Source: Candidatus Methylomirabilis limnetica (lineage in GTDB: Bacteria; Methylomirabilota; Methylomirabilia; Methylomirabilales; Methylomirabilaceae). Taken from it: a stretch of DNA of 32,000 nucleotides. The DNA lies in contig NZ_NVQC01000016.1 in assembly GCF_003044035.1 (NCBI RefSeq), positions 120,001-152,000 on the forward strand, given 5' to 3'. Shown here in pieces: positions 15,790 to 23,348 of this stretch. A model generated the notes under the pieces. It did not search any database and was not told where the DNA came from. It worked only from the letters and a program-made list of their open reading frames with translations. Both the position numbers and the translations under genes were made by a program. Positions within the stretch are counted from its first letter, which is position 1. Each line of letters opens with the position of its first letter.

Positions 15790-16557
15790 GTGCTGATACG
15801 TGTCGGTGACCTGGACACCCATTTTACCGTGTGGGGAGAGGGGAGGCCGATAGTTCTCCTTCATGGGTGGGGTACCTCAGCCGAGTCCCTGGGTACAGTC
15901 GCCAAGGCTCTGGAGGATCGATTTCGGGTGTACGCCCTCGATCTACCTGGTTTTGGCTGGACGCCATCGGCTGCTACGGTGTGGGGGACATGGGAGTATG
16001 CCTCCTATGTCGAGGCATTTATGGATCGCCTCAACATCTCGGTGGCCAGTCTGGTCGGCCATTCATTTGGAGGCCGAATCGCGCTGGCCCTGGCTGCCAA
16101 GTGGCCCGATAGGGTCAAGAGTCTTGTTTTGGTGGCCAGCGCAGGGATCCGCCCGAGACGAGGGCCTCTGTTCCGCATGAAGGTTGGAGCCGCGAAGCTG
16201 GCGAAGCAGGTGTTTTCGCTGCCTATGTGGGGTAGGCTGGGCGAGCGAGTGATTGCCGAACTCTATCAGCGGATGGGGTCGCGGGACTATCGGAACGCCG
16301 GAGCACTACGCGCTACGCTGGTCAAGGTCGTGAGCGAAGACCTCCGGGGGATCTTGTCGTCTGTTCGTACGCCTACACTGATTATCTGGGGAGACCGGGA
16401 TCAGGAGGTGCCGTTCTCCTCGATGGAGATTATGGCGCGCGGGATACAGGGCTCGCGGTTGGAGGTGTTCGAAGGGGCCGGCCATTTCCCGTTTGTTGAC
16501 AGCCCGGACCGTTTTGGCCGGTTGGTAAGGGAGTTCTTGTGCCAGGACAGCCAGTGA
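15790..16557 (+). CDS. Alpha/beta-fold hydrolase (Ser-Asp-His triad), function unknown
   Basis: 255 aa, GTG start. HGWG oxyanion region, GHSFGG nucleophile elbow, WGDRD and GAGHFP motifs. Confidence 0.88.
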   Translation: MLIRVGDLDTHFTVWGEGRPIVLLHGWGTSAESLGTVAKALEDRFRVYALDLPGFGWTPSAATVWGTWEYASYVEAFMDRLNISVASLVGHSFGGRIALALAAKWPDRVKSLVLVASAGIRPRRGPLFRMKVGAAKLAKQVFSLPMWGRLGERVIAELYQRMGSRDYRNAGALRATLVKVVSEDLRGILSSVRTPTLIIWGDRDQEVPFSSMEIMARGIQGSRLEVFEGAGHFPFVDSPDRFGRLVREFLCQDSQ

Positions 16558-18260
16558 TGCGGTCGGGTGTGGTACTTGGACCTTCACTCGCAGGCCGGGC
16601 CGTCACTGGTCTTTTGCCATATATGGCGGTCGTTATAATGCGCCATCTGGATCTGATATACCTTGCCCAGCTGGAGCGTTACAACAGTGCGCGCCTGCGT
16701 GGTTGGATCGCCAGGCACTGGGGCCTGGTTCTGAACGGCCGAGGGGCCCTCGTTCAGGTGGCGGTCTTAGGGGCCGGAATTCTCCTTGCGTTGTTACCTC
16801 TCCCTGTTTTTCCCGGCTTAAGGCATGCCGGGACAGGCACGTTTTACATTATCTGGCTGGCCGCCGGTATGTGGCTGAGATCCCGGTGGTCCTCGCTGCA
16901 GGTCAGTCAGCAACTGCAGTGGACATCTCGAACGGTACGCTTAGTAGCAGTCACGTTCCTCCTTGCGGTGGTGGCCATGCTTGTAACCTCCGGGTTGACT
17001 GTACTCTTACTGTCCAGACTCATGGTGGCCCCTCTCGCCCTCCTTGTCGGTATAGGCTTGGCTACCGGCCTGCTTGTGATGTCCGAGATTGCGGCGGGCA
17101 CGGTCCTCGTGGCAAACCTGAGCCTCGCTCCACTGGAGCAGGCGGTCAATCAACGCTTCTATGCGCAGGCTAAAGTGCGCATGCGTCAGTATCCCGGGGA
17201 GGTCGTCGGGATCACTGGAAGCTATGGAAAGACGACGACGAAGTTCATCGCCGCGACGTTGCTTCAGAAGCGCTACTCGGTCTTTAAGACGCCTGACGGG
17301 GTCAACTCCACCATGGGTATCGTTCGGGTTGTCCGCGAGGCGCTTCGGGACGATCACCAGTTTTTCGTCGTCGAGGTGGCGGCCTACGGCCCCGGCGAGA
17401 TCAAGGAGGTGTGCGAGATCCTGCGGCCCCGGATCGGTATCCTCACGGCGGTTGGGGTCCAGCACCTCGAGCGGTTCGGCACGCCGGAACGGATCGCCGA
17501 GGCGAAGTATGAGCTGATCGATTCGCTTCCACCGGATGGCTTAGCGATCGTGAACGCTGACGATCCAGGCGCTCTGCGATTGGCCGAACGCGCGAGGCGG
17601 GAAGGTCGACGCGTGATCTTGTACGGGGTCGGTGATGACGAACGGGATCTGGACGTTCGGGGGAAAGACGTCAAGCTCTCCAGCCATGGCTCGGCCTTTC
17701 GCGTGGAGACCGGGTATGGCGCGGCCATGTTCGAGACCAAGCTGCTCGGGGGCTGGAACATTGCCAATATCCTGGGGGCGACGGCTGCTGCCTTAGAGTG
17801 CGGTGTACCCCTGGAGGAGATTGCCGACGGGGTGAAGTCTCTTACGCCGGCGCCCAAGCGCCTGGAGCTTCGCGAAGAGGGTGGGGTCATCAAGCTGATC
17901 GATGTGGCCAACGCCAATCCGCTTGGGGCCCAGATGGCCCTGGAGGTCCTCAGCCAGTTTAAGGGGGGCTCGAAGATCCTGATCACGCCGGGCTTGGTGG
18001 AGTTAGGCCAGATCGAGGCGGAGGAGAACCGCCGGTTTGGCCGAGCTGCCGCTGCGGTCTGCGATTACGTCCTGTTGGTCGGGCCACAGCAGACACTACC
18101 GCTGCGTGAAGGGCTTCGCGAGGGTGGGTTTGCCGATAGCCGGATCCTGGTGGCCCGGCACAGCGGTGAAGTGACTGACCACCTCAAGGCGATCGTCCGA
18201 GAGGGCGATGTCCTGCTGTACGAGAATCGACTGCCTGATACGTACCTGGAGCTCGCATGA
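16557..18260 (+). CDS. murF: MurF-like Mur ligase (putative UDP-MurNAc-tripeptide--D-Ala-D-Ala ligase) with a ~200-aa polytopic membrane N-terminus instead of canonical domain 1
   Basis: GITGSYGKTTTK P-loop, VGVQHLERFG, NADD, LLGGWNIANILGA, DVANANP and PGLVELG motifs, in the murF slot of the dcw cluster. The N-terminal ~200 aa hold about 5 hydrophobic helices. Start taken at ATG 16557 (TGATG overlap with the hydrolase stop); GTG 16539 is also possible. Confidence 0.8.
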   Translation: MRSGVVLGPSLAGRAVTGLLPYMAVVIMRHLDLIYLAQLERYNSARLRGWIARHWGLVLNGRGALVQVAVLGAGILLALLPLPVFPGLRHAGTGTFYIIWLAAGMWLRSRWSSLQVSQQLQWTSRTVRLVAVTFLLAVVAMLVTSGLTVLLLSRLMVAPLALLVGIGLATGLLVMSEIAAGTVLVANLSLAPLEQAVNQRFYAQAKVRMRQYPGEVVGITGSYGKTTTKFIAATLLQKRYSVFKTPDGVNSTMGIVRVVREALRDDHQFFVVEVAAYGPGEIKEVCEILRPRIGILTAVGVQHLERFGTPERIAEAKYELIDSLPPDGLAIVNADDPGALRLAERARREGRRVILYGVGDDERDLDVRGKDVKLSSHGSAFRVETGYGAAMFETKLLGGWNIANILGATAAALECGVPLEEIADGVKSLTPAPKRLELREEGGVIKLIDVANANPLGAQMALEVLSQFKGGSKILITPGLVELGQIEAEENRRFGRAAAAVCDYVLLVGPQQTLPLREGLREGGFADSRILVARHSGEVTDHLKAIVREGDVLLYENRLPDTYLELA

Positions 18261-19567
18261 GTGGCGCCGCCAGACGCATAGGGCTGATCTTCGGAAGTCG
18301 CTCGGTGGAACGAGAGATTTCGATCATGACCGCCAGTAAGATCTATGAGGTCCTGCTCTCATTGCAGGACCAGTTCGAGACGCTGCCGATCTTTATTACG
18401 GCAGAGGGCACATGGCTTACCGGCGAGGCGGTTCGGGATCTGTTGACGGTCGATGCCGAGATACGAAAGCTGGCGGAACGAAGCGTTGTGGCGGGAACGG
18501 CTGAGCGATCGAAGCTCGACGCGGAAAAGCTGCGGTTGAATCGGGATCGATACATACCCCTGCTTGACAACCTGGACCGGGGCCAGAGCGCGACGGGGGT
18601 TGATCCGCTCTTTCTGGCGCCGGACCCATCGGTCGGCACGTTGGTGCCGCAGCAGGAGCGAAAAGGCTGGCTTCGCAAACAGCTCCACCCCACAATCGAC
18701 GTCGCCTTCCCGGTCATTCATGGGACGCATGGCGAGGATGGAACGATTCAGGGTCTGTGTGAATTGGCCGATCTGCCGTATGTGGGGGCTGGGGTCACCG
18801 CCTCGGCCATAGGAATGGATAAGATTATCTCCAAGCTCATCTTTCAGGGCGCAGGCCTTCCTGTTGTTGAGGGGGTCGGTATCACCAGACGCGAGCTGTT
18901 GGAGGATGAGGCGGCCGTTGCGAAGGGGATTGAGCGCAGGTTGAGCTACCCGGTGGTAGTCAAGCCTGCCGTGGCCGGTTCCAGCGTTGGCATAGGTATG
19001 GCTCATAATGCGGGCGAAGCGCTGAGCTTGGCGAAGCTCGCAATGCGCTTCAGCTCCCGCGTGCTGATAGAGCGGGCTGTTGAACAGCGGATCGAGGTGC
19101 AATGCGGCGTCCTGGGCAATCACGCGTTGACCGTCTCGGAATGTGAAGAGATCATCAACTCGGGCGAGGTTGTGGGCTACCGCGACAAGTACCCGGAGGA
19201 CACACAGCCGGGAAGCGCGGATCTCGCGCCGAGCATCATTCCCGCCAGGATTCCAAAGACCCTTGCAGACGAGATACGCTCCATGGCAGCAGCAGCCTTT
19301 AAGGCGATCGACTCGCGCGGGATCTCCCGGGTCGATTTTCTTATCGACTCGGCCGCGATGAAGCCGTACGTCAATGAGGTCAATACCATGCCGGGGTCGC
19401 TTTCCTTTACCCTCTGGGAGGGAAGCGGGGTGAAGCCTGCGGAGCTTGTTATTCGTCTGGTGGAATTGGCGCTTGAGGCCCATCGAGAAAAGCGCTCAAC
19501 CCATTTCAAATCGACAGAGGGCAGGGCGTTGGTGGATCGGCGGCATCTGGTGACGCCGGGCAAATAG
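18257..19567 (+). CDS. ddl: D-alanine--D-alanine ligase family protein (unusually long, 436 aa)
   Basis: IGLIFGSRSVEREIS, FPVIHGTHGEDGTIQGLCELADLPYVG, VVKPAVAGSSVGI, RVDFLID and NEVNTMPG motifs. ATGA overlap with murF. Confidence 0.9.
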   Translation: MSGAARRIGLIFGSRSVEREISIMTASKIYEVLLSLQDQFETLPIFITAEGTWLTGEAVRDLLTVDAEIRKLAERSVVAGTAERSKLDAEKLRLNRDRYIPLLDNLDRGQSATGVDPLFLAPDPSVGTLVPQQERKGWLRKQLHPTIDVAFPVIHGTHGEDGTIQGLCELADLPYVGAGVTASAIGMDKIISKLIFQGAGLPVVEGVGITRRELLEDEAAVAKGIERRLSYPVVVKPAVAGSSVGIGMAHNAGEALSLAKLAMRFSSRVLIERAVEQRIEVQCGVLGNHALTVSECEEIINSGEVVGYRDKYPEDTQPGSADLAPSIIPARIPKTLADEIRSMAAAAFKAIDSRGISRVDFLIDSAAMKPYVNEVNTMPGSLSFTLWEGSGVKPAELVIRLVELALEAHREKRSTHFKSTEGRALVDRRHLVTPGK

Positions 19568-19571
19568 GAGC

Positions 19572-19606
19572 AGGGTATAGGGTAAAGGGTGTAGGGTCTA
19601 GGGGAG
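19572..19606. repeat. AGGGTAT-family heptamer array (5 units) 5 nt after the ddl stop
   Basis: agggtat agggtaa agggtgt agggtct aggggag. A short partial complement (ctcctaaaccctcta) lies at 19622-19636. Confidence 0.85.
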
Positions 19607-19646
19607 GATCGAGACGTGGAACTCCTAAACCCTCTAATGAGGTTTT

Positions 19647-20729
19647 ATGCTGTATCACCTGCTTTTCCCATTGCATCAAAGCTACGCTGTCTTAAACGTC
19701 TTCCGGTACGTGACCTTCCGTACGGCCGGGGCCATCCTGACCGCGCTGCTGATCAGTTTGCTGTTGGGACCTGCGCTGATCCGCAAGCTTCAGGAGTTGC
19801 AGATCGGTCAAAGCATCAGGGACGACGGGCCAGCGGGGCATCTGCAGAAGGCCGGGACGCCTACGATGGGTGGGCTCCTGATCCTGGCCTCTGTGCTCAT
19901 CGCCACGCTGCTCTGGGCGAATCTGACCAACCGGTTCGTCTGGCTTGCCCTGTTTTGCACGGTCTGGATGGGGGCGGTGGGGTTCATCGACGACTACCTG
20001 AAGGTGGTGTCCAAGAATAGCAAGGGACTCTCGGTCAGAACAAAACTGTTGTGGCAGGTGATTCCCAGCCTACTCATTGGACTCTTCCTGTACATCAACC
20101 CGGTTGATCCATTTACGACGAAGCTGACTATCCCCTTTCTCAAGGACTGGATGCCCGATCTGGGCTGGGGCTATGTCCTGTTCGTGGCGCTGGTCATTGT
20201 TGGCACATCTAATGCGGTGAATCTGACCGACGGCCTCGATGGATTGGCTATCGGCCCGATCTTGATGACCGCTGCGGCGTATACGGTCCTGGCGTACATT
20301 GCAGGGCATGCCAGCATCGCTCACTACCTGCAGGTGATCTTTGTGAGAGGGAGCTCTGAGCTCACCGTTTTTGGCGGTGCCATCGTCGGGGCCAGCCTGG
20401 GATTCCTCTGGTACAACGCGTACCCCGCGCAGCTCTTTATGGGCGACACCGGCTCTTTGGCGCTTGGGGCCGCCTTGGCTACGCTCGCTGTTCTGGTCAA
20501 GAGCGAGTTGCTCCTGCTCATCGTCGGGGGGGTATTCGTGGCAGAGGCCATCTCGGTGATCATGCAGGTCTTCTCCTACCGGACTACCGGCCGACGAGTT
20601 TTCAGGATGGCGCCCCTCCATCACCACTACGAGCTGAACGGGATGGCGGAGCCGAAGATCATTGTCCGGTTCTGGATCGTCTCCTTTATCCTTGCCCTGC
20701 TCTCGCTCACCACGTTGAAGTTGAGGTGA
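19647..20729 (+). CDS. mraY: Phospho-N-acetylmuramoyl-pentapeptide-transferase
   Basis: 360 aa polytopic membrane protein. [20 protein letters not shown] and [10 protein letters not shown] motifs. Confidence 0.96.
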   Translation: MLYHLLFPLHQSYAVLNVFRYVTFRTAGAILTALLISLLLGPALIRKLQELQIGQSIRDDGPAGHLQKAGTPTMGGLLILASVLIATLLWANLTNRFVWLALFCTVWMGAVGFIDDYLKVVSKNSKGLSVRTKLLWQVIPSLLIGLFLYINPVDPFTTKLTIPFLKDWMPDLGWGYVLFVALVIVGTSNAVNLTDGLDGLAIGPILMTAAAYTVLAYIAGHASIAHYLQVIFVRGSSELTVFGGAIVGASLGFLWYNAYPAQLFMGDTGSLALGAALATLAVLVKSELLLLIVGGVFVAEAISVIMQVFSYRTTGRRVFRMAPLHHHYELNGMAEPKIIVRFWIVSFILALLSLTTLKLR

Positions 20730-20744
20730 AGGCGTTGAGAAAGG

Positions 20745-20840
20745 TTTCGAGCTTCGAGTTTCGAGTTTCGAGTGCCACATGTCAGGTTTCACGTTACGAG
20801 TTTGGCTTACTCGAAACCTGGAACCCGGAACCCGGAACTG
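20745..20840. repeat. Heptamer-array hairpin element: (TTTCGAG)4, core CACATGTCAGGTTTCACGTT, then CTCGAAA/CCYGGAA x4
   Basis: tttcgag cttcgag tttcgag tttcgag at 20745-20772, core at 20776-20795, ctcgaaa cctggaa cccggaa cccggaa at 20810-20837. It ends in ggaactgc directly before ATG 20842. Confidence 0.8.
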
Positions 20841-20853
20841 CATGGTGGTAACC

Positions 20854-22236
20854 ATGCTGGATCTGGCCGGTAAACGGGTGGTGGTCGTTGGGTTGGCGCG
20901 ATCCGGGGAGGCGGCCTGCCGCCTATTGCTCAAACAGGGCGCCACGGTCATCGGCACCGACCGCAGGGGTAAGCGTGAGATCGGCGCTGACCTCTGCAGC
21001 CTGGAGCAGGACGGGGTCAGTCTTGAGCTGGGCGAGCAGTACCTGCACTCCTTGCTCTCGGCCGATCTCGTCGTGGTAAGTCCGGGGATCGATCTGCGTG
21101 AGCCGCTGTTTCAGCGGGTTCGTGAGGTGGGCATCCCGCTCATCGGTGAGGTCGAACTGGCCTACCGGTACAGTGAAGCCACATTCATCGGGATCACCGG
21201 GACCAACGGTAAGAGCACCACCACGACCCTTCTCGGCGCAATTCTGAAGCACGCCGGCATGCCTTCGCATGTGGCCGGCAACATCGGTACCCCCCTCTGC
21301 CGAGTGGCGCCTTCCCTCGCGGCGGGTGAGTGTGTGGTCGTGGAGCTATCGAGCTTTCAATTGGAAACGATCGAAGAGTTCAGGCCGCGCGTGGCGTTAC
21401 TGCTGAATCTCGCTCCTGATCATCTTGATCGCTACGATCAGGTCGAAGACTATTACCAGGCCAAGGCTCGCATCTTCGAGAATCAACGGCCGTCCGACTT
21501 TGCCGTCATCAATGCGGACGATCCGCTGGTTCTTCAGGTGTCAGCACGGGCCCGAGGACGGAGGATCGCATTCAGCCGGACCAGGCCGCTCGATACAGGG
21601 GCGTATGTTGAAGGCGATCAGCTCATGCTGGCCCTTGACGGGAGGCGAGAGGCCATCTGCCGGGTGTCCGAACTCCAGATCCAGGGGGTACATAACCTGG
21701 AGAACGCCCTGGCTGCCGGCCTCGCGGCGGCGGTAGCCGGCGCCCCCACAACAGCGATCCGGATAGCGCTCACCAGTTTCGAAGGGCTGGAACATCGTCT
21801 GGAGTTTGTCGCGGAGATCGACGGCGTTCGCTACGTCAACGACTCCAAAGGGACCAATGTTGGGGCGGTTGTCCGATCGCTGGAGAGTTTTACGAACCCC
21901 GTTGTGCTCATCGCCGGCGGCAGGGACAAGCATGGCGATTTCGCGCCGCTCATCCCCCTGGTCCGCGAGCGGGTCAAGCGGCTGATCCTGATCGGTGAAG
22001 CCGCTGAGACGCTGCGGCGAACGCTGGCCCCCGCGTGTCCGACGGAGGATGCGTCCAGTCTCGAGGAGGCCGTTCGGCGCGCCGCAGCCGCCGCATCACC
22101 AGGAGAGGTTGTGCTGCTTTCGCCGGCTTGCGCCAGCTTCGATATGTTTACTGATTTCGAAGAGCGAGGACGCGTGTTCAAGGCGGCGGTACGGGAGCTT
22201 CTGCCCCCCGCTTACAGTATACCAGGGCAAGCATGA
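20854..22236 (+). CDS. murD: UDP-N-acetylmuramoylalanine--D-glutamate ligase
   Basis: MLDLAGKRVVVVGLARSG is a canonical MurD N-terminus, with a GITGTNGKSTT P-loop. ATG 20842 is an alternative start. The track start at 20779 lies inside the repeat element. Confidence 0.93.
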   Translation: MLDLAGKRVVVVGLARSGEAACRLLLKQGATVIGTDRRGKREIGADLCSLEQDGVSLELGEQYLHSLLSADLVVVSPGIDLREPLFQRVREVGIPLIGEVELAYRYSEATFIGITGTNGKSTTTTLLGAILKHAGMPSHVAGNIGTPLCRVAPSLAAGECVVVELSSFQLETIEEFRPRVALLLNLAPDHLDRYDQVEDYYQAKARIFENQRPSDFAVINADDPLVLQVSARARGRRIAFSRTRPLDTGAYVEGDQLMLALDGRREAICRVSELQIQGVHNLENALAAGLAAAVAGAPTTAIRIALTSFEGLEHRLEFVAEIDGVRYVNDSKGTNVGAVVRSLESFTNPVVLIAGGRDKHGDFAPLIPLVRERVKRLILIGEAAETLRRTLAPACPTEDASSLEEAVRRAAAAASPGEVVLLSPACASFDMFTDFEERGRVFKAAVRELLPPAYSIPGQA

Positions 22237-23348
22237 TCGCTAAGCGCCCCTCCTACGATAGGCTGCTATACGGTGTCTCGCTGGTGCTGGTCTTGATTGG
22301 TATCGTCATGGTCTATAGCGCGAGCGCCATCAAGGCCCAGGATAAATACGGCGATCCATTCTTTTTCCTGAAGAAGCAGATCCTCTGGGCCGTGATCGGG
22401 ATCGCGGTCATGGTCTGGGCCATGTACCGCGACTACCGGACATTTCAGCGGTATGCGCCCCTGTTGTTCTTAGTCTCGCTGTGCCTTCTCTCCCTGGTGC
22501 TGATCCCGTCAATCGGGGTCAAGGTCAACAGCGCACAGCGGTGGCTCCGGCTGTTCGGGGTCTCCTTTCAACCTTCCGAGCTTGCCAGGCTCTCCATCGT
22601 TCTACTCATGGCCAGGATCCTCGCCAGAAGCGCCGATCGGGAGGAGAACTTCACCAAACGCTTCCTCAAACCGCTGAGCCTTGCCGGACTCGTTTGCGGC
22701 CTGATTGTGTTTCAGCCCCACATTGGGATGGCGGCGGTCCTGATGTGTGCAGTCTTGGCGCTGTGTTTTGTGGCAGGCGTCCGTCTCAGTCACCTGAGCA
22801 TTATTGTTCTCGTGGTCGTGACGCTTGCCTCCATGTTCGTCATGGCGCAGCCGTATGCCAGAACGCGAGTGATGACGCTGTTGGACCCTAATCACGCCTC
22901 ATCCCAAGCAGCGCATCAGATCCACCAGTCAATCACCGCATCGGGATCGGGGGGACTTCTGGGGCGGGGGCTCGGCGACAGCTTTGGGAAACTGGGTTAT
23001 CTGCCCGAGTCCCACACCGAGTTCATCTTTGCCGTCGTCGGGGAGGAGACAGGTTTCGTGGGGGCTCTGCTGGTGGTCTTCCTCTTCGGTATTATCCTGT
23101 GGCGCGGGACCCGGATCGCACTCCGGGCGCCTGATCTGTTCGGCGCCTATGTGGCGATGGGAATTACCTTTAGCATCGTTACACAGGCCGTCATCAACTT
23201 TGGGGTGGTTGTCGGACTGCTACCCATTACGGGTTTGCCTTTGCCGTTGGTCAGCTTCGGTGGCACATCCCTGATCACCACCTGTTTAGGTATCGGGATC
23301 CTGCTCAGCATCTCCCGTTACCAGGCGGCGAGAGGACGACTCGCGTGA
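22233..23348 (+). CDS. ftsW: SEDS-family peptidoglycan glycosyltransferase FtsW
   Basis: 371 aa polytopic protein with FtsW/RodA family motifs (QPSELAR, PESHTEFIFA, PLVSFGGTS). ATGA overlap with murD. Confidence 0.93.
   Translation: MIAKRPSYDRLLYGVSLVLVLIGIVMVYSASAIKAQDKYGDPFFFLKKQILWAVIGIAVMVWAMYRDYRTFQRYAPLLFLVSLCLLSLVLIPSIGVKVNSAQRWLRLFGVSFQPSELARLSIVLLMARILARSADREENFTKRFLKPLSLAGLVCGLIVFQPHIGMAAVLMCAVLALCFVAGVRLSHLSIIVLVVVTLASMFVMAQPYARTRVMTLLDPNHASSQAAHQIHQSITASGSGGLLGRGLGDSFGKLGYLPESHTEFIFAVVGEETGFVGALLVVFLFGIILWRGTRIALRAPDLFGAYVAMGITFSIVTQAVINFGVVVGLLPITGLPLPLVSFGGTSLITTCLGIGILLSISRYQAARGRLA

Noticed and set aside
15790-19567. The hydrolase/MurF-like/Ddl block as a horizontally acquired island or mobile element
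   Set aside because: There is no integrase, transposase, tRNA target or clear compositional shift, and the genes replace essential functions (murF, ddl) missing elsewhere in the cluster. I kept it only as a low-weight rearrangement hypothesis in the findings.
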